Notes: a model not told the origin generated them from the letters alone. DNA of 61,471 nucleotides from Candidatus Berkelbacteria bacterium (GCA_029865605.1 JAOUGE010000006.1:1-61471), one strand, 5' to 3'. Shown: positions 25,440 through 34,700, counted from the stretch's first letter. Numbers and translations: made by a program.

Positions 25440-27931
25440 ACTCCCGGCCATTTGGCGGAAATTAATGTATTCGAGTCACGCATATTTGTTGGGATCTTTT
25501 GCCAAATTGTTTCAGTGACAAAAGGAATAAAGGGATGAAGCATCTTGAGAGACGCCGTTAAAATGGTCAAAAGCTTAGTTTGAACTGCCCTCTTGTCCTT
25601 CTCGTTGTTGCTATTCAACCTGTCTTTTGACTGCTCTATTATTATATCAGCAAATTCGTGCCAGATGTAATTGTATAGGAGTTCCCCGGCGCGGGAGAAT
25701 TGAAAGCTATCAAGGTGTTTGGTGACCTTCTCGATTACCTCATCAAGCCGCTCCAGATCCTTCTTGTCTTCGTCTAAAAGATTATTAATTTTACCTTTCG
25801 GATTTTCAAGGTTAGTCAAGACAAATCTTGAAATATTCCATATTTTGTTGGAGAAATTGCGGTATCCCTTGATTTTACTCTCTCCGACGGCAAGATCATT
25901 GCCGGCGGTTGCGCCAACAACAAGCGACATCCTGACTGCATCTGTGCCATATTTTTCGGTGACCTCGAGGGGATCCAAAACATTACCGAGTGACTTTGAC
26001 ATTTTGCGGTTATGCTCGTCGCGGACCAGCCCATGTAAATAGACGGTTTCAAACGGCGGCTTGTCGGTTAATTCCAGCCCCATCATAATCATCTTTGCTA
26101 CCCAGAAGAACAAAATATCATATCCGGTCTCTAAAACTGTTGTTGGATAAAAATACTCATAGTCAGTAGGTTTACCGTCTGTAGCCTTGGCAGAGGACGG
26201 CCAGCCGAGGGTTGAAAACGGCCAAAGAGCGGAGGAAAACCACGTGTCGAGTACATCTTCGTCCCTAGATAATTCAGTATTCCCACAGGTAGGACATTTT
26301 TCGGGCTTCTCATTAGAGATGATGATCTCCCCGCATCGCCTGCTTAATTTCTCTGCAGGAATAAATTCATAGTGGTAAATATACGCCGGTGAGTCATTTA
26401 CTATTTCTTTTTCGGGGTTATGGCGCTTGAAAGCGGCGATCAGTTCTTCGCGCTTTGCGTATGTAGCATAGTGCCCCTTGTCCTCAAGTGGGAGATCTTT
26501 TACTACTGTTTTTATGACCTCTTTCATAACCCCATGGCCTAATACTCTCCTTGTGCCGCTGTGTTCGAAAACAACTCTATCCCCGGATTGGAAACCGTGA
26601 TCTCTTAGGCGATAAGTCTTGATTTTCCCTTTGAAGAGTTGGGCTGCAACGCTCTCGGCGAACCCCATCCTCTTTGTTTTTGGTTCGCCGCAATACCAAA
26701 CCGGTATTCGATGTCCCCACCAGAGCTGACGGGAGATGCACCAGTCGCGAATGTTGTCGAGCCAGTGAAAATAAACCTTTTCAAATCTTTTCGGCAGAAT
26801 CTTTATCTTGCCAGATTTGACTGCTTCCTTTGCTTTCTCGGTGAGCGGCTTCATTTTGACGAACCATTGTTTTGAGGGGATTGGTTCAATCACCCCGCTG
26901 CAACGGTAGCAAACGCCGATATTGTGCTCGTAACTTTCGTCAATTTTTTCAATTAGTCCCATTTTCTTCATATCTTCGACGACCGCCTCACGAGTTTCTT
27001 TGGTTGTCATACCGGCATATTTACCTGTGTTTTCCATCATTTTGCCATTTTCGTCTATGACTTGCTTTAGTGGAACACCGTGTCTTTGAGCGATTTCAAA
27101 ATCAACTAATGAATGGGCGGGTGTCACTTTGACTGCGCCGGTGCCGAATTTCGGGTCAACGGCATTGTCGGCAACGACAACAATCTCAAACTCGCCTAGC
27201 ACCCCCGGGATTTTGTACTTTTTCCCAACCATATCTTTGTATTTTTTGTCGGAAGGGTGGACGGCAACGGCTGTGTCGCCGAGCTTTGTTTCGGGACGGG
27301 CGGTTGCCAGAGTAAATGGCCCGTATTTTATATGATAAAACTTGCCTTTTTCTTTTTTATATTCGACTTCGTCGTCTGAAATGGCGCTGTGGCAGTGCGG
27401 GCACCAGTTGACGGTGCGAAGCCCTTGATAAATAAGTCCTTTGTCATAGAGACGTTTGAAGGCCTCATCGACGGCTTCTGACAGACCTTTGTCTAAAGTA
27501 AATCGTTCGTGGGTCCAATCACAGGAGGCTCCTAGGGCACGAGTCTGACGGATGATCTCGCCACCATACTTTTTTTTCCACTCCCAAACCCGCTCGACAA
27601 ATTTTTCTCTTCCCAAATCGCGCTTTGATTCGCCTTCTTTTTTGAGTTCTTTTTCGACGACATTTTGGGTGGCAATGCCGGCATGGTCTGTCCCCGGTAG
27701 CCAAAGCGTCGGCTCGCCTTTCATTCTGTGATAACGGGTTAAGATGTCCTCAAGCGTGACAACCATCGCGTGGCCAATATGGAGCTTCCCCGTCACGTTG
27801 GGCGGCGGCATCATTATCACGAAAGGTTTCTTGCCCCTTTCAATCTTTGGCGTGAACGCGCCGGAAGACTCCCAGAGTTTGTAAATCTCCGTTTCGTGCG
27901 CTTTTGGGTCGTAAGCTTTGGGGAGTTCCAT
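25433..27931 (-). CDS. valS: Valine--tRNA ligase with about 115-aa insertion
   Basis: PPPNVTGKLHIGHAM (HIGH), KMSKSLGN (KMSKS), WCISRQLWWGHRIP, DVLDTWFSS. Confidence 0.9.
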   Translation of the reverse strand: MELPKAYDPKAHETEIYKLWESSGAFTPKIERGKKPFVIMMPPPNVTGKLHIGHAMVVTLEDILTRYHRMKGEPTLWLPGTDHAGIATQNVVEKELKKEGESKRDLGREKFVERVWEWKKKYGGEIIRQTRALGASCDWTHERFTLDKGLSEAVDEAFKRLYDKGLIYQGLRTVNWCPHCHSAISDDEVEYKKEKGKFYHIKYGPFTLATARPETKLGDTAVAVHPSDKKYKDMVGKKYKIPGVLGEFEIVVVADNAVDPKFGTGAVKVTPAHSLVDFEIAQRHGVPLKQVIDENGKMMENTGKYAGMTTKETREAVVEDMKKMGLIEKIDESYEHNIGVCYRCSGVIEPIPSKQWFVKMKPLTEKAKEAVKSGKIKILPKRFEKVYFHWLDNIRDWCISRQLWWGHRIPVWYCGEPKTKRMGFAESVAAQLFKGKIKTYRLRDHGFQSGDRVVFEHSGTRRVLGHGVMKEVIKTVVKDLPLEDKGHYATYAKREELIAAFKRHNPEKEIVNDSPAYIYHYEFIPAEKLSRRCGEIIISNEKPEKCPTCGNTELSRDEDVLDTWFSSALWPFSTLGWPSSAKATDGKPTDYEYFYPTTVLETGYDILFFWVAKMIMMGLELTDKPPFETVYLHGLVRDEHNRKMSKSLGNVLDPLEVTEKYGTDAVRMSLVVGATAGNDLAVGESKIKGYRNFSNKIWNISRFVLTNLENPKGKINNLLDEDKKDLERLDEVIEKVTKHLDSFQFSRAGELLYNYIWHEFADIIIEQSKDRLNSNNEKDKRAVQTKLLTILTASLKMLHPFIPFVTETIWQKIPTNMRDSNTLISAKWPGVE

Positions 27932-27932
27932 T

Positions 27933-28916
27933 TTATCCCAGTCCGATTTTAGATTTGACCTCGATTAAGGTTTTCTTGGCAATGGGCTCGAGCTTTTTTG
28001 CTCCGGCATTGAGAATTTCGCGCAGTTTTTCCGGCTCACTCATCAATTCGTTGTACTTTTTCTGGATTGGGGTGAGAAATCTAACAACTGCCTCGGCGAG
28101 GTCTGATTTAAATTCGGAGTAATTTTTGCCTTCAAATTCCTGCTCCAATTCGGCAATTGATTTGCCAGAAATGCCGGAGAAGATGGTTAAAAGATTGGAA
28201 ATGGCTGGCTTATCGGATGCGGCTTTGATTTCGCTCCCAGAGTCCGTGACCGCCCTTTTGATTTTATCGCGGATAACATCCGGTTCATCAGTCAAAGCGA
28301 TGTAATTAAAAGCCGTTGAGGCCGATTTAGCCATTTTTTTCTTCGGATCGTCGAGCCCCATAATCCGCGCTGTTTCTTTTTTGATTAACGGATTCGGAAC
28401 GGTAAAAACCTGGCCGTATTTATTGTTTATTCTTTCGGCAATATCGCGGGTAATCTCAATATGCTGCTTTTGGTCCTCGCCAACCGGCACATCAGTCGTC
28501 CGGTATAAAAGAATATCGGCGGCCATTAAAACCGGATAATCAAAAAGCCCTGCCGAGACGCTTTTGCGATTTTCACCTGCTTTTTCTTTGAATTGGGCCA
28601 TCCGTTCCAGTTCACCCATATAGGTGTGGCAGTTTAAAATCCAGCTTAACTCGGCTACTTCGGGGCGGTGAGATTGGACAAAAATCGTGCTTTTTTCCGG
28701 GTCAACTCCGCAGGCAAGATAGATTGCCGCGACCGAGAGAATGTTCTTTTTAAGCGCCTCGGGGTCTTGCGGCACGGTGATGGTATGAAGATCGACAATA
28801 CAATAAATACATTCGGCGTCTTGGTTTTGGAGCTCAACAAATTGCTTGATTGCGCCCAAATAATTGCCGATGTGAACCACTCCCGACGGCTGAATGCCGG
28901 AAAATATTCTTTTCAT
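27933..28916 (-). CDS. trpS: Tryptophan--tRNA ligase
   Basis: SGIQPSGVVHIGNYLGAI and KMAKS motifs. 327 aa. Confidence 0.9.
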   Translation of the reverse strand: MKRIFSGIQPSGVVHIGNYLGAIKQFVELQNQDAECIYCIVDLHTITVPQDPEALKKNILSVAAIYLACGVDPEKSTIFVQSHRPEVAELSWILNCHTYMGELERMAQFKEKAGENRKSVSAGLFDYPVLMAADILLYRTTDVPVGEDQKQHIEITRDIAERINNKYGQVFTVPNPLIKKETARIMGLDDPKKKMAKSASTAFNYIALTDEPDVIRDKIKRAVTDSGSEIKAASDKPAISNLLTIFSGISGKSIAELEQEFEGKNYSEFKSDLAEAVVRFLTPIQKKYNELMSEPEKLREILNAGAKKLEPIAKKTLIEVKSKIGLG

Positions 28917-29214
28917 AGTTTGAAAATATCAGATAGGAAGTAAGTTTTCAAATAAATGCATCTGTGATAAAGACGTTGGACGGTAAGCAGCGGGTCCTGT
29001 CCGGCAACATTTTCTCTTGGCCCGCGTCGGCCGACCTAGCGAGTCGGCCGCGCTTAGCCTCGGCTTCGCTCTTCCCGACAGAACTGTCGGAAAGCCGTGC
29101 CCGTTCGGGCCCCATAGATTATTCGCGGGTTCCACCCCCGCGAAGCGATAAAAGATGCCAACCACCCGCAGAATTTATAAAGTTTTGATGCATTAGTCGT
29201 TTTAGAAAGCGGGA

Positions 29215-29234
29215 GGGGCGCCCGTAGGCGCCCC
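29215..29234 (-). terminator. GC hairpin GGGGCGCC-(4 nt)-GGCGCCCC
   Basis: 8-bp stem identical in sequence to the outer stem at 12621-12659. Followed on the minus strand by TCCCGCTTTCT. Confidence 0.5.
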
Positions 29235-29277
29235 ATGTGTTTTTAGGCCTGCCTCCCTTCAGGCCGGAAGTGGTAGA

Positions 29278-29673
29278 TCAGTAGGTGTCGTAATCATCGT
29301 CCCCTGAGCGAACGAAATAGGTGATGAGCCCTGCGATAAAGGCGATGACACCACCGACGAGGCCGTCCCACCAGCGGAATGGGACGGAGATGCCGATCCC
29401 GTAGCCGAAGATGGCTACAATCGCGAGGATCACTTCGGGCCATATGACCCACTGTTCGGGCCGTTCGTCGAGGGCGGCGAAGATGACGCCGGCGGCGATG
29501 CCGACAGCGATCGCTCCGGCGATGCCGAAGGAGAGCCAGTTAGGCGCTCCCAGGTAGAAGAGGACAGCGGCGATGATTGCGACGATCGCCGCGACGATCA
29601 GGGCGGTCAGCCAGCCGGGCCATTCCCAGCTGGTTTCCCTTACGCGCGACTGCGGCTCGGTTTGCGGCTGCAT
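29278..29673 (-). CDS. Hypothetical membrane protein (131 aa, 4 TM, acidic C-terminal tail)
   Basis: GAGGGAAGGA SD. Gly/Ala/Ile-rich TM segments. Confidence 0.5.
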   Translation of the reverse strand: MQPQTEPQSRVRETSWEWPGWLTALIVAAIVAIIAAVLFYLGAPNWLSFGIAGAIAVGIAAGVIFAALDERPEQWVIWPEVILAIVAIFGYGIGISVPFRWWDGLVGGVIAFIAGLITYFVRSGDDDYDTY

Positions 29674-29688
29674 AGCGGTTTCCTTCCC

Positions 29689-30075
29689 TCATGCGAAGTG
29701 TGGACAGCTAGCTCGGGACTGGGCGGATGAGTATATGACCATCGCCCAGGAAACGGCGAAGCAGATGAAGTAGATGACTCCGGCTCGCCAGCCGCTTGCG
29801 AAACCGAGAAGCACGGCTGGTATGAGCCAGCCGGCAAGGGCGGCGATGCAGCCGGCGTTGTCGTTGCCGAATGACTGCGTGATATAGCAGCTCCACAGAA
29901 TCAGCTTGTACAAGGTTGCGAACAGCAAGCCGAGTGACAGGCCAAGTCCGGACGCGATCGATGCCCATTCGGGCAGTCGATCGCGAAGAGCTAAACCAAG
30001 GATGAAGGCTAGCCAGGCGAGTAAGGCTAGCACCCACCAGTATGACATCCTGCTTTCTGGTGCGACAGACTTCAT
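29689..30075 (-). CDS. Hypothetical membrane protein (128 aa, 4 TM)
   Basis: GAGGGG SD lies 9 nt upstream. An alternative start is at 30048. Confidence 0.5.
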   Translation of the reverse strand: MKSVAPESRMSYWWVLALLAWLAFILGLALRDRLPEWASIASGLGLSLGLLFATLYKLILWSCYITQSFGNDNAGCIAALAGWLIPAVLLGFASGWRAGVIYFICFAVSWAMVIYSSAQSRASCPHFA

Positions 30076-30160
30076 CGGTGACTTCCCCTCGGCTTTTGCC
30101 GGTAGTTAGCTCATTACAGCTCGGGCTACTGCCCTCCTCTCACGATGTCGATGAACGCTG

Positions 30161-30182
30161 TCTCGAGAGATTATCTCGAGAG
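30161..30182. promoter_or_regulatory. Twin palindromes TCTCGAGA(G)-N4-TCTCGAGA(G), operator-like
   Basis: Two copies of a self-complementary 8-mer, 13 bp centre to centre. On the minus strand they bracket TAATCT, upstream of the island E ORFs. Confidence 0.4.
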
Positions 30183-30252
30183 GTCGAGCGAATAGTAGCA
30201 GATTTTGCACTTCGAGGGAAGACATTTTAAGATTATTTGCTACTATCGTTTC

Positions 30253-30885
30253 ATGGGTTACCGACAAGAATATTTAAGGCGGGCTAAACTTGCGGCAAAA
30301 GTGCTGCGTTTCGCGCCGTTTGTTAGAATGGCGGGATTGAACGGCTCTCTGGTTCGAGGCGACGAAAAAAAGGCTTCCGACATCGATTTTTTGATAATCG
30401 CCAAAGCCGGCCGGCTCTACACAGCGAGATTTTTTGCGGCAGCTTTGGTTCATCTCACCAGCTATCGCCGCTACGGCGATAAAGTCGCCGGCCGGATTTG
30501 CCTCAATTGTTATTTAAATGATAAGAATCCTAATATTTCGCCCCAAAACAAAAAAAGTAACCAAAAGGTTGCTAATGCTTATAAATATCTAGTTCCGCTG
30601 GTTGATGACGGAGAGGCGGCGGACCATTTTTTTAAAGCTAGTAAATGGTTTGCGAGACATAGGGTTTCGGGCGAAAAATACGCCAGAAAATTGCGCGAAA
30701 AAACATTTATTGATTACCCATTATCACCTGCATATTTATTTGATTGGTTCTTTGAGTCTACAGTCGGGGAAATTATTGAAAAATTATTGATGAGGTACCA
30801 GCAAAAAAAGATTCTAGCCAGTCGGGACGGTAATGATGAGCTTGTGGCAACGAAAGATGAAATTCGGCTGCACCCGAAAAAATAG
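30253..30885 (+). CDS. Nucleotidyltransferase-domain protein
   Basis: GSLVRGDEKKASDIDFLII (GS...DxD) minimal NTase motif. Start reset to the ATG at 30253. Confidence 0.6.
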   Translation: MGYRQEYLRRAKLAAKVLRFAPFVRMAGLNGSLVRGDEKKASDIDFLIIAKAGRLYTARFFAAALVHLTSYRRYGDKVAGRICLNCYLNDKNPNISPQNKKSNQKVANAYKYLVPLVDDGEAADHFFKASKWFARHRVSGEKYARKLREKTFIDYPLSPAYLFDWFFESTVGEIIEKLLMRYQQKKILASRDGNDELVATKDEIRLHPKK

Positions 30886-30954
30886 GCGCTTGATATTTGT
30901 TCTCTTTTGAGTTAGCAATGAGATATAGCGATCTTCGAGAAAGGGTGAGGCCGG

Positions 30955-31326
30955 ATGTCTGAGGGCGAGAAGCCGATCATAGCCTTCGTCTGTGAAGGCT
31001 CGCCGCCTCGGCTTGGCGAAGTCGAGGTGCACCATTTCGTCATCTGTGGAGAGGGGGTAGCGCCGGCAACGGACAACTCATACGGCACCAGTCTTGAGGA
31101 CTTGGCCAAGCATCCCGACTTCTTCGGCATCCTTGCCGATCCTGTCGGGATGAGCGAAGCACAGGTGCGGTTGCTTGCCGCTGGCCCGAGCTTTGCCATC
31201 TGGACCCACGAGAGAGACTGTCCAAGGGTGCGGCTATGCCTCGGATTCAATCCCGACACACCCGTGCTCGAGCCGGCCGACAGTCTGGCTAAGATCCTGG
31301 CTACCCTGACGGCTATGGGCCAATGA
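30955..31326 (+). CDS. Hypothetical protein (123 aa)
   Basis: GGTGAGG SD lies 5 nt upstream. No motif recognised. Confidence 0.5.
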   Translation: MSEGEKPIIAFVCEGSPPRLGEVEVHHFVICGEGVAPATDNSYGTSLEDLAKHPDFFGILADPVGMSEAQVRLLAAGPSFAIWTHERDCPRVRLCLGFNPDTPVLEPADSLAKILATLTAMGQ

Positions 31327-31350
31327 AGGGAGCGGAATGGTCGCTCAAGT

Positions 31351-31378
31351 GGGGCGGGAGGAAGTTATATCCCGCCCC
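31351..31378 (+). terminator. GC hairpin GGGGCGGGA-N10-TCCCGCCCC
   Basis: 9-bp stem followed by TTCGTCAT. Confidence 0.5.
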
Positions 31379-31399
31379 TTCGTCATATGTAAAGCACGC

Positions 31400-31428
31400 T
31401 TGACAAATTTTCGGCTTTTTTGTACATT
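31400..31428 (+). promoter_or_regulatory. groESL promoter TTGACA-17-TACATT
   Basis: Consensus -35 with exact 17-nt spacing. Confidence 0.6.
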
Positions 31429-31431
31429 AAT

Positions 31432-31477
31432 ATTCCGGCGACGGATTGGATCCCCCTTCCATATCTCTCGCCGGAAT
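31432..31477. promoter_or_regulatory. Perfect 10-bp inverted repeat ATTCCGGCGA-N26-TCGCCGGAAT in the groES leader
   Basis: Direct reading. Does not match CIRCE (TTAGCACTC-N9-GAGTGCTAA). Confidence 0.55.
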
Positions 31478-31510
31478 AGGTAACTAGTTCATAAATTTTG
31501 GGAGGAAACA

Positions 31511-31801
31511 ATGGCATTAAAACTCAAACCGCTGGCCGACAGAGTCATTTTGAAGCCCTTGGAGGCTGAGGAAAAAACAAAATCGGGGATTATTTTGCCT
31601 GATTCGGCTCGGGAAAAACCGCAAGAGGCGGAAGTAGTTGCGGTGGGGCCGGGAAAAGTTAAGGACGGAAAGCGTATTGAGATGACTGTTAAGGTCGGCG
31701 ACAAAGTTATTTATCCAAAATATTCCGGCGACGACATCAAGGTTGACGACAAGGAATACACGATTGTCGAAGAGGAGAAGATTCTGGCGATTGTTGAATA
31801 A
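31511..31801 (+). CDS. groES: Co-chaperonin GroES
   Basis: 96 aa, LKPLADRVILKPLEAEEKTKSGIILPDSA. GGAGGA SD. Confidence 0.95.
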   Translation: MALKLKPLADRVILKPLEAEEKTKSGIILPDSAREKPQEAEVVAVGPGKVKDGKRIEMTVKVGDKVIYPKYSGDDIKVDDKEYTIVEEEKILAIVE

Positions 31802-31829
31802 TTAGTCAATTGTACAATTGTAAAATTAA

Positions 31830-33491
<1,662 letters not shown>

Positions 33492-33541
33492 CGCAAAGCG
33501 TTAATAAAGTAAAAGTCAAAAAGTAAAACGGGGGAATGAAA

Positions 33542-33564
33542 ATCGGGCCATTAGGCCCGATTTT
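33542..33564 (+). terminator. groEL intrinsic terminator ATCGGGCC-ATTA-GGCCCGAT + TTT
   Basis: 8-bp stem flanked by an A-run and a T-run. Confidence 0.7.
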
Positions 33565-33594
33565 CGTATGTTTATAAATGTTTCGGTTTTAAGA

Positions 33595-34262
33595 TGGAAC
33601 GAGCCGTGGGGAGCGAGAGCTCAACCCACGGCTCGGGATAGTATCGTGAGGGACGGCTTCGGGGGTTGAGCCCGAGATTCCGTCCCTCCGAAGGCGGCGC
33701 TGGAAGGCGAAGCGCCGGAGGATGGCAGGCGACGCTGAGCGTAAACTCACTGAGGAGAACCGGAGTGAGGCCCCCAGAGCCCGCAGCGTTGGCTTACCCA
33801 GCGCCGCCCTCCCTTGTGCACCACATCGGAGTGGGCACAGGGATAAAGCAGTACGGAGGATGGATGTGTACGGCAGCTCGACCAGGCAGGCGCTGGCGGG
33901 GGTGGGAGGGTATGATGAATCCCCGACATGCGCCTTCTAGTCCGGTGAATCTGTGTGCCCGCAGTTCACGCAGGGCTTGCCGACCGTGGTCGGCACCTCG
34001 CAGCGCGGGCAGGTGTTGTCGTTGGTTGAGGACTGGTCTTGCGGGCAGCAACCCGGCTTGTTGCAGAGGAAGAGTGAACCATCGGCCGGCACGGGCTCGC
34101 GGACAGGTGTTACTCTGTCCGGGCCGATCCCGGCTATCATCTCGCCGGTGCAGCCGATAGCTCCACCCACGATCTTGTGGGCGATGTTCGGTTCGCGGTC
34201 GAGAACAACCCTGGTCGGGGGTTCGAGTGTTGCTGCCATCGAGTTGCCTCCGTTTCTTCTTC
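33595..34262. other. GC-rich island G
   Basis: Composition shift. One minus-strand ORF plus about 340 nt of GC-rich non-coding sequence. Confidence 0.7.
33937..34239 (-). CDS. Cys-rich hypothetical protein with C-terminal zinc-ribbon-like CPRC...CVNC motif (100 aa)
   Basis: GGAGG SD lies 7 nt upstream of the ATG. Competing ORFs in other frames lack an SD and are Arg/Pro-rich. Confidence 0.45.
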   Translation of the reverse strand: MAATLEPPTRVVLDREPNIAHKIVGGAIGCTGEMIAGIGPDRVTPVREPVPADGSLFLCNKPGCCPQDQSSTNDNTCPRCEVPTTVGKPCVNCGHTDSPD

Positions 34263-34309
34263 AAATTCCGCCCGAGAGAAAAGCTTACGCGTCACCCTCG
34301 AGTCAGAAT

Positions 34310-34339
34310 AATTTACCACAAAAAGAAGGTTCTTGTCAA
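34310..34339 (-). promoter_or_regulatory. Promoter TTGACA-18-TAAATT (TGG-extended) for the island G gene
   Basis: Read on the minus strand. The -35 is embedded in the inverted repeat AGAAGGTT-N6-AACCTTCT (34324-34345). Confidence 0.45.
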
Positions 34340-34376
34340 CCTTCTTCTGAAGACTGAGGCCTAGAGCCTAGGGACT

Positions 34377-34607
34377 TTACTTGGGTATTTTCTGAATGAG
34401 TTCTAAGGTTGTTTTGCCGACCTGTTTTAGCGCCGGCCAGGCGGCGGGTAAAAGGAGAATGAAGACTACAACCCAGAGCAGGTTTTTACGCATAAAATTA
34501 ACCAGCGCTATAACCAGAAAAACCAGAATAATAATTGCTAGTGGCAACCTGTAAACAGCCGGAATGGTTTCTAAGCCCTTATTGTAAAGTTCTATTATCG
34601 TTTGCAT
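34377..34607 (-). CDS. Small membrane protein (76 aa, 2 TM)
   Basis: Hydrophobic segments. Lies downstream of xer on the same strand. Confidence 0.45.
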   Translation of the reverse strand: MQTIIELYNKGLETIPAVYRLPLAIIILVFLVIALVNFMRKNLLWVVVFILLLPAAWPALKQVGKTTLELIQKIPK

Positions 34608-34700
34608 AGATTAAGTAATATCTAACAAGTAGTATCTCATAGGCTTTTACGAAGTAAAAGGGGTGGTGTGGCCGAATATAAGTGATAAATCAAAAATTTA

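Larger units (their letters stand above)
28975..30150. other. GC-rich island E
   Basis: Composition shift. Two membrane-protein ORFs plus about 300 nt of GC-rich non-coding sequence directly upstream of trpS. Confidence 0.7.
30940..31380. other. GC-rich island F
   Basis: Composition shift. Single ORF plus a GC hairpin, immediately upstream of the groES promoter. Confidence 0.7.

Noticed and set aside
29246-29275. SRP RNA-like sequence CAGGCCGGAAGTGGTAG (compare AGGUCCGGAAGGAAGCAGC of 4.5S RNA).
   Set aside because: Only the CCGGAAG core matches and the AGCAGC side of the symmetric loop is missing. The segment overlaps the stop region and terminator hairpin of the island E gene.
28917-29277. 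Canonical T-box riboswitch upstream of trpS, based on GGGGGTGGAACCCGCG on the minus strand.
   Set aside because: The motif lies about 215 nt from the start codon at the 5' rather than the 3' end of the putative leader. I found no downstream strand able to form the competing terminator and no specifier-loop architecture. UGGA would pair with a U discriminator rather than the G I expect for bacterial tRNA-Trp. It is kept only as a motif-recurrence finding.
33666-34264. Overlapping ORFs 33666..34160 (+), 33794..34264 (-) and 33953..34357 (+) in island G.
   Set aside because: They are Arg/Pro-rich with no SD. Only the 33937..34239 minus-strand frame has a GGAGG site at proper spacing and a promoter. 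Coding status of the whole island still needs experimental support.
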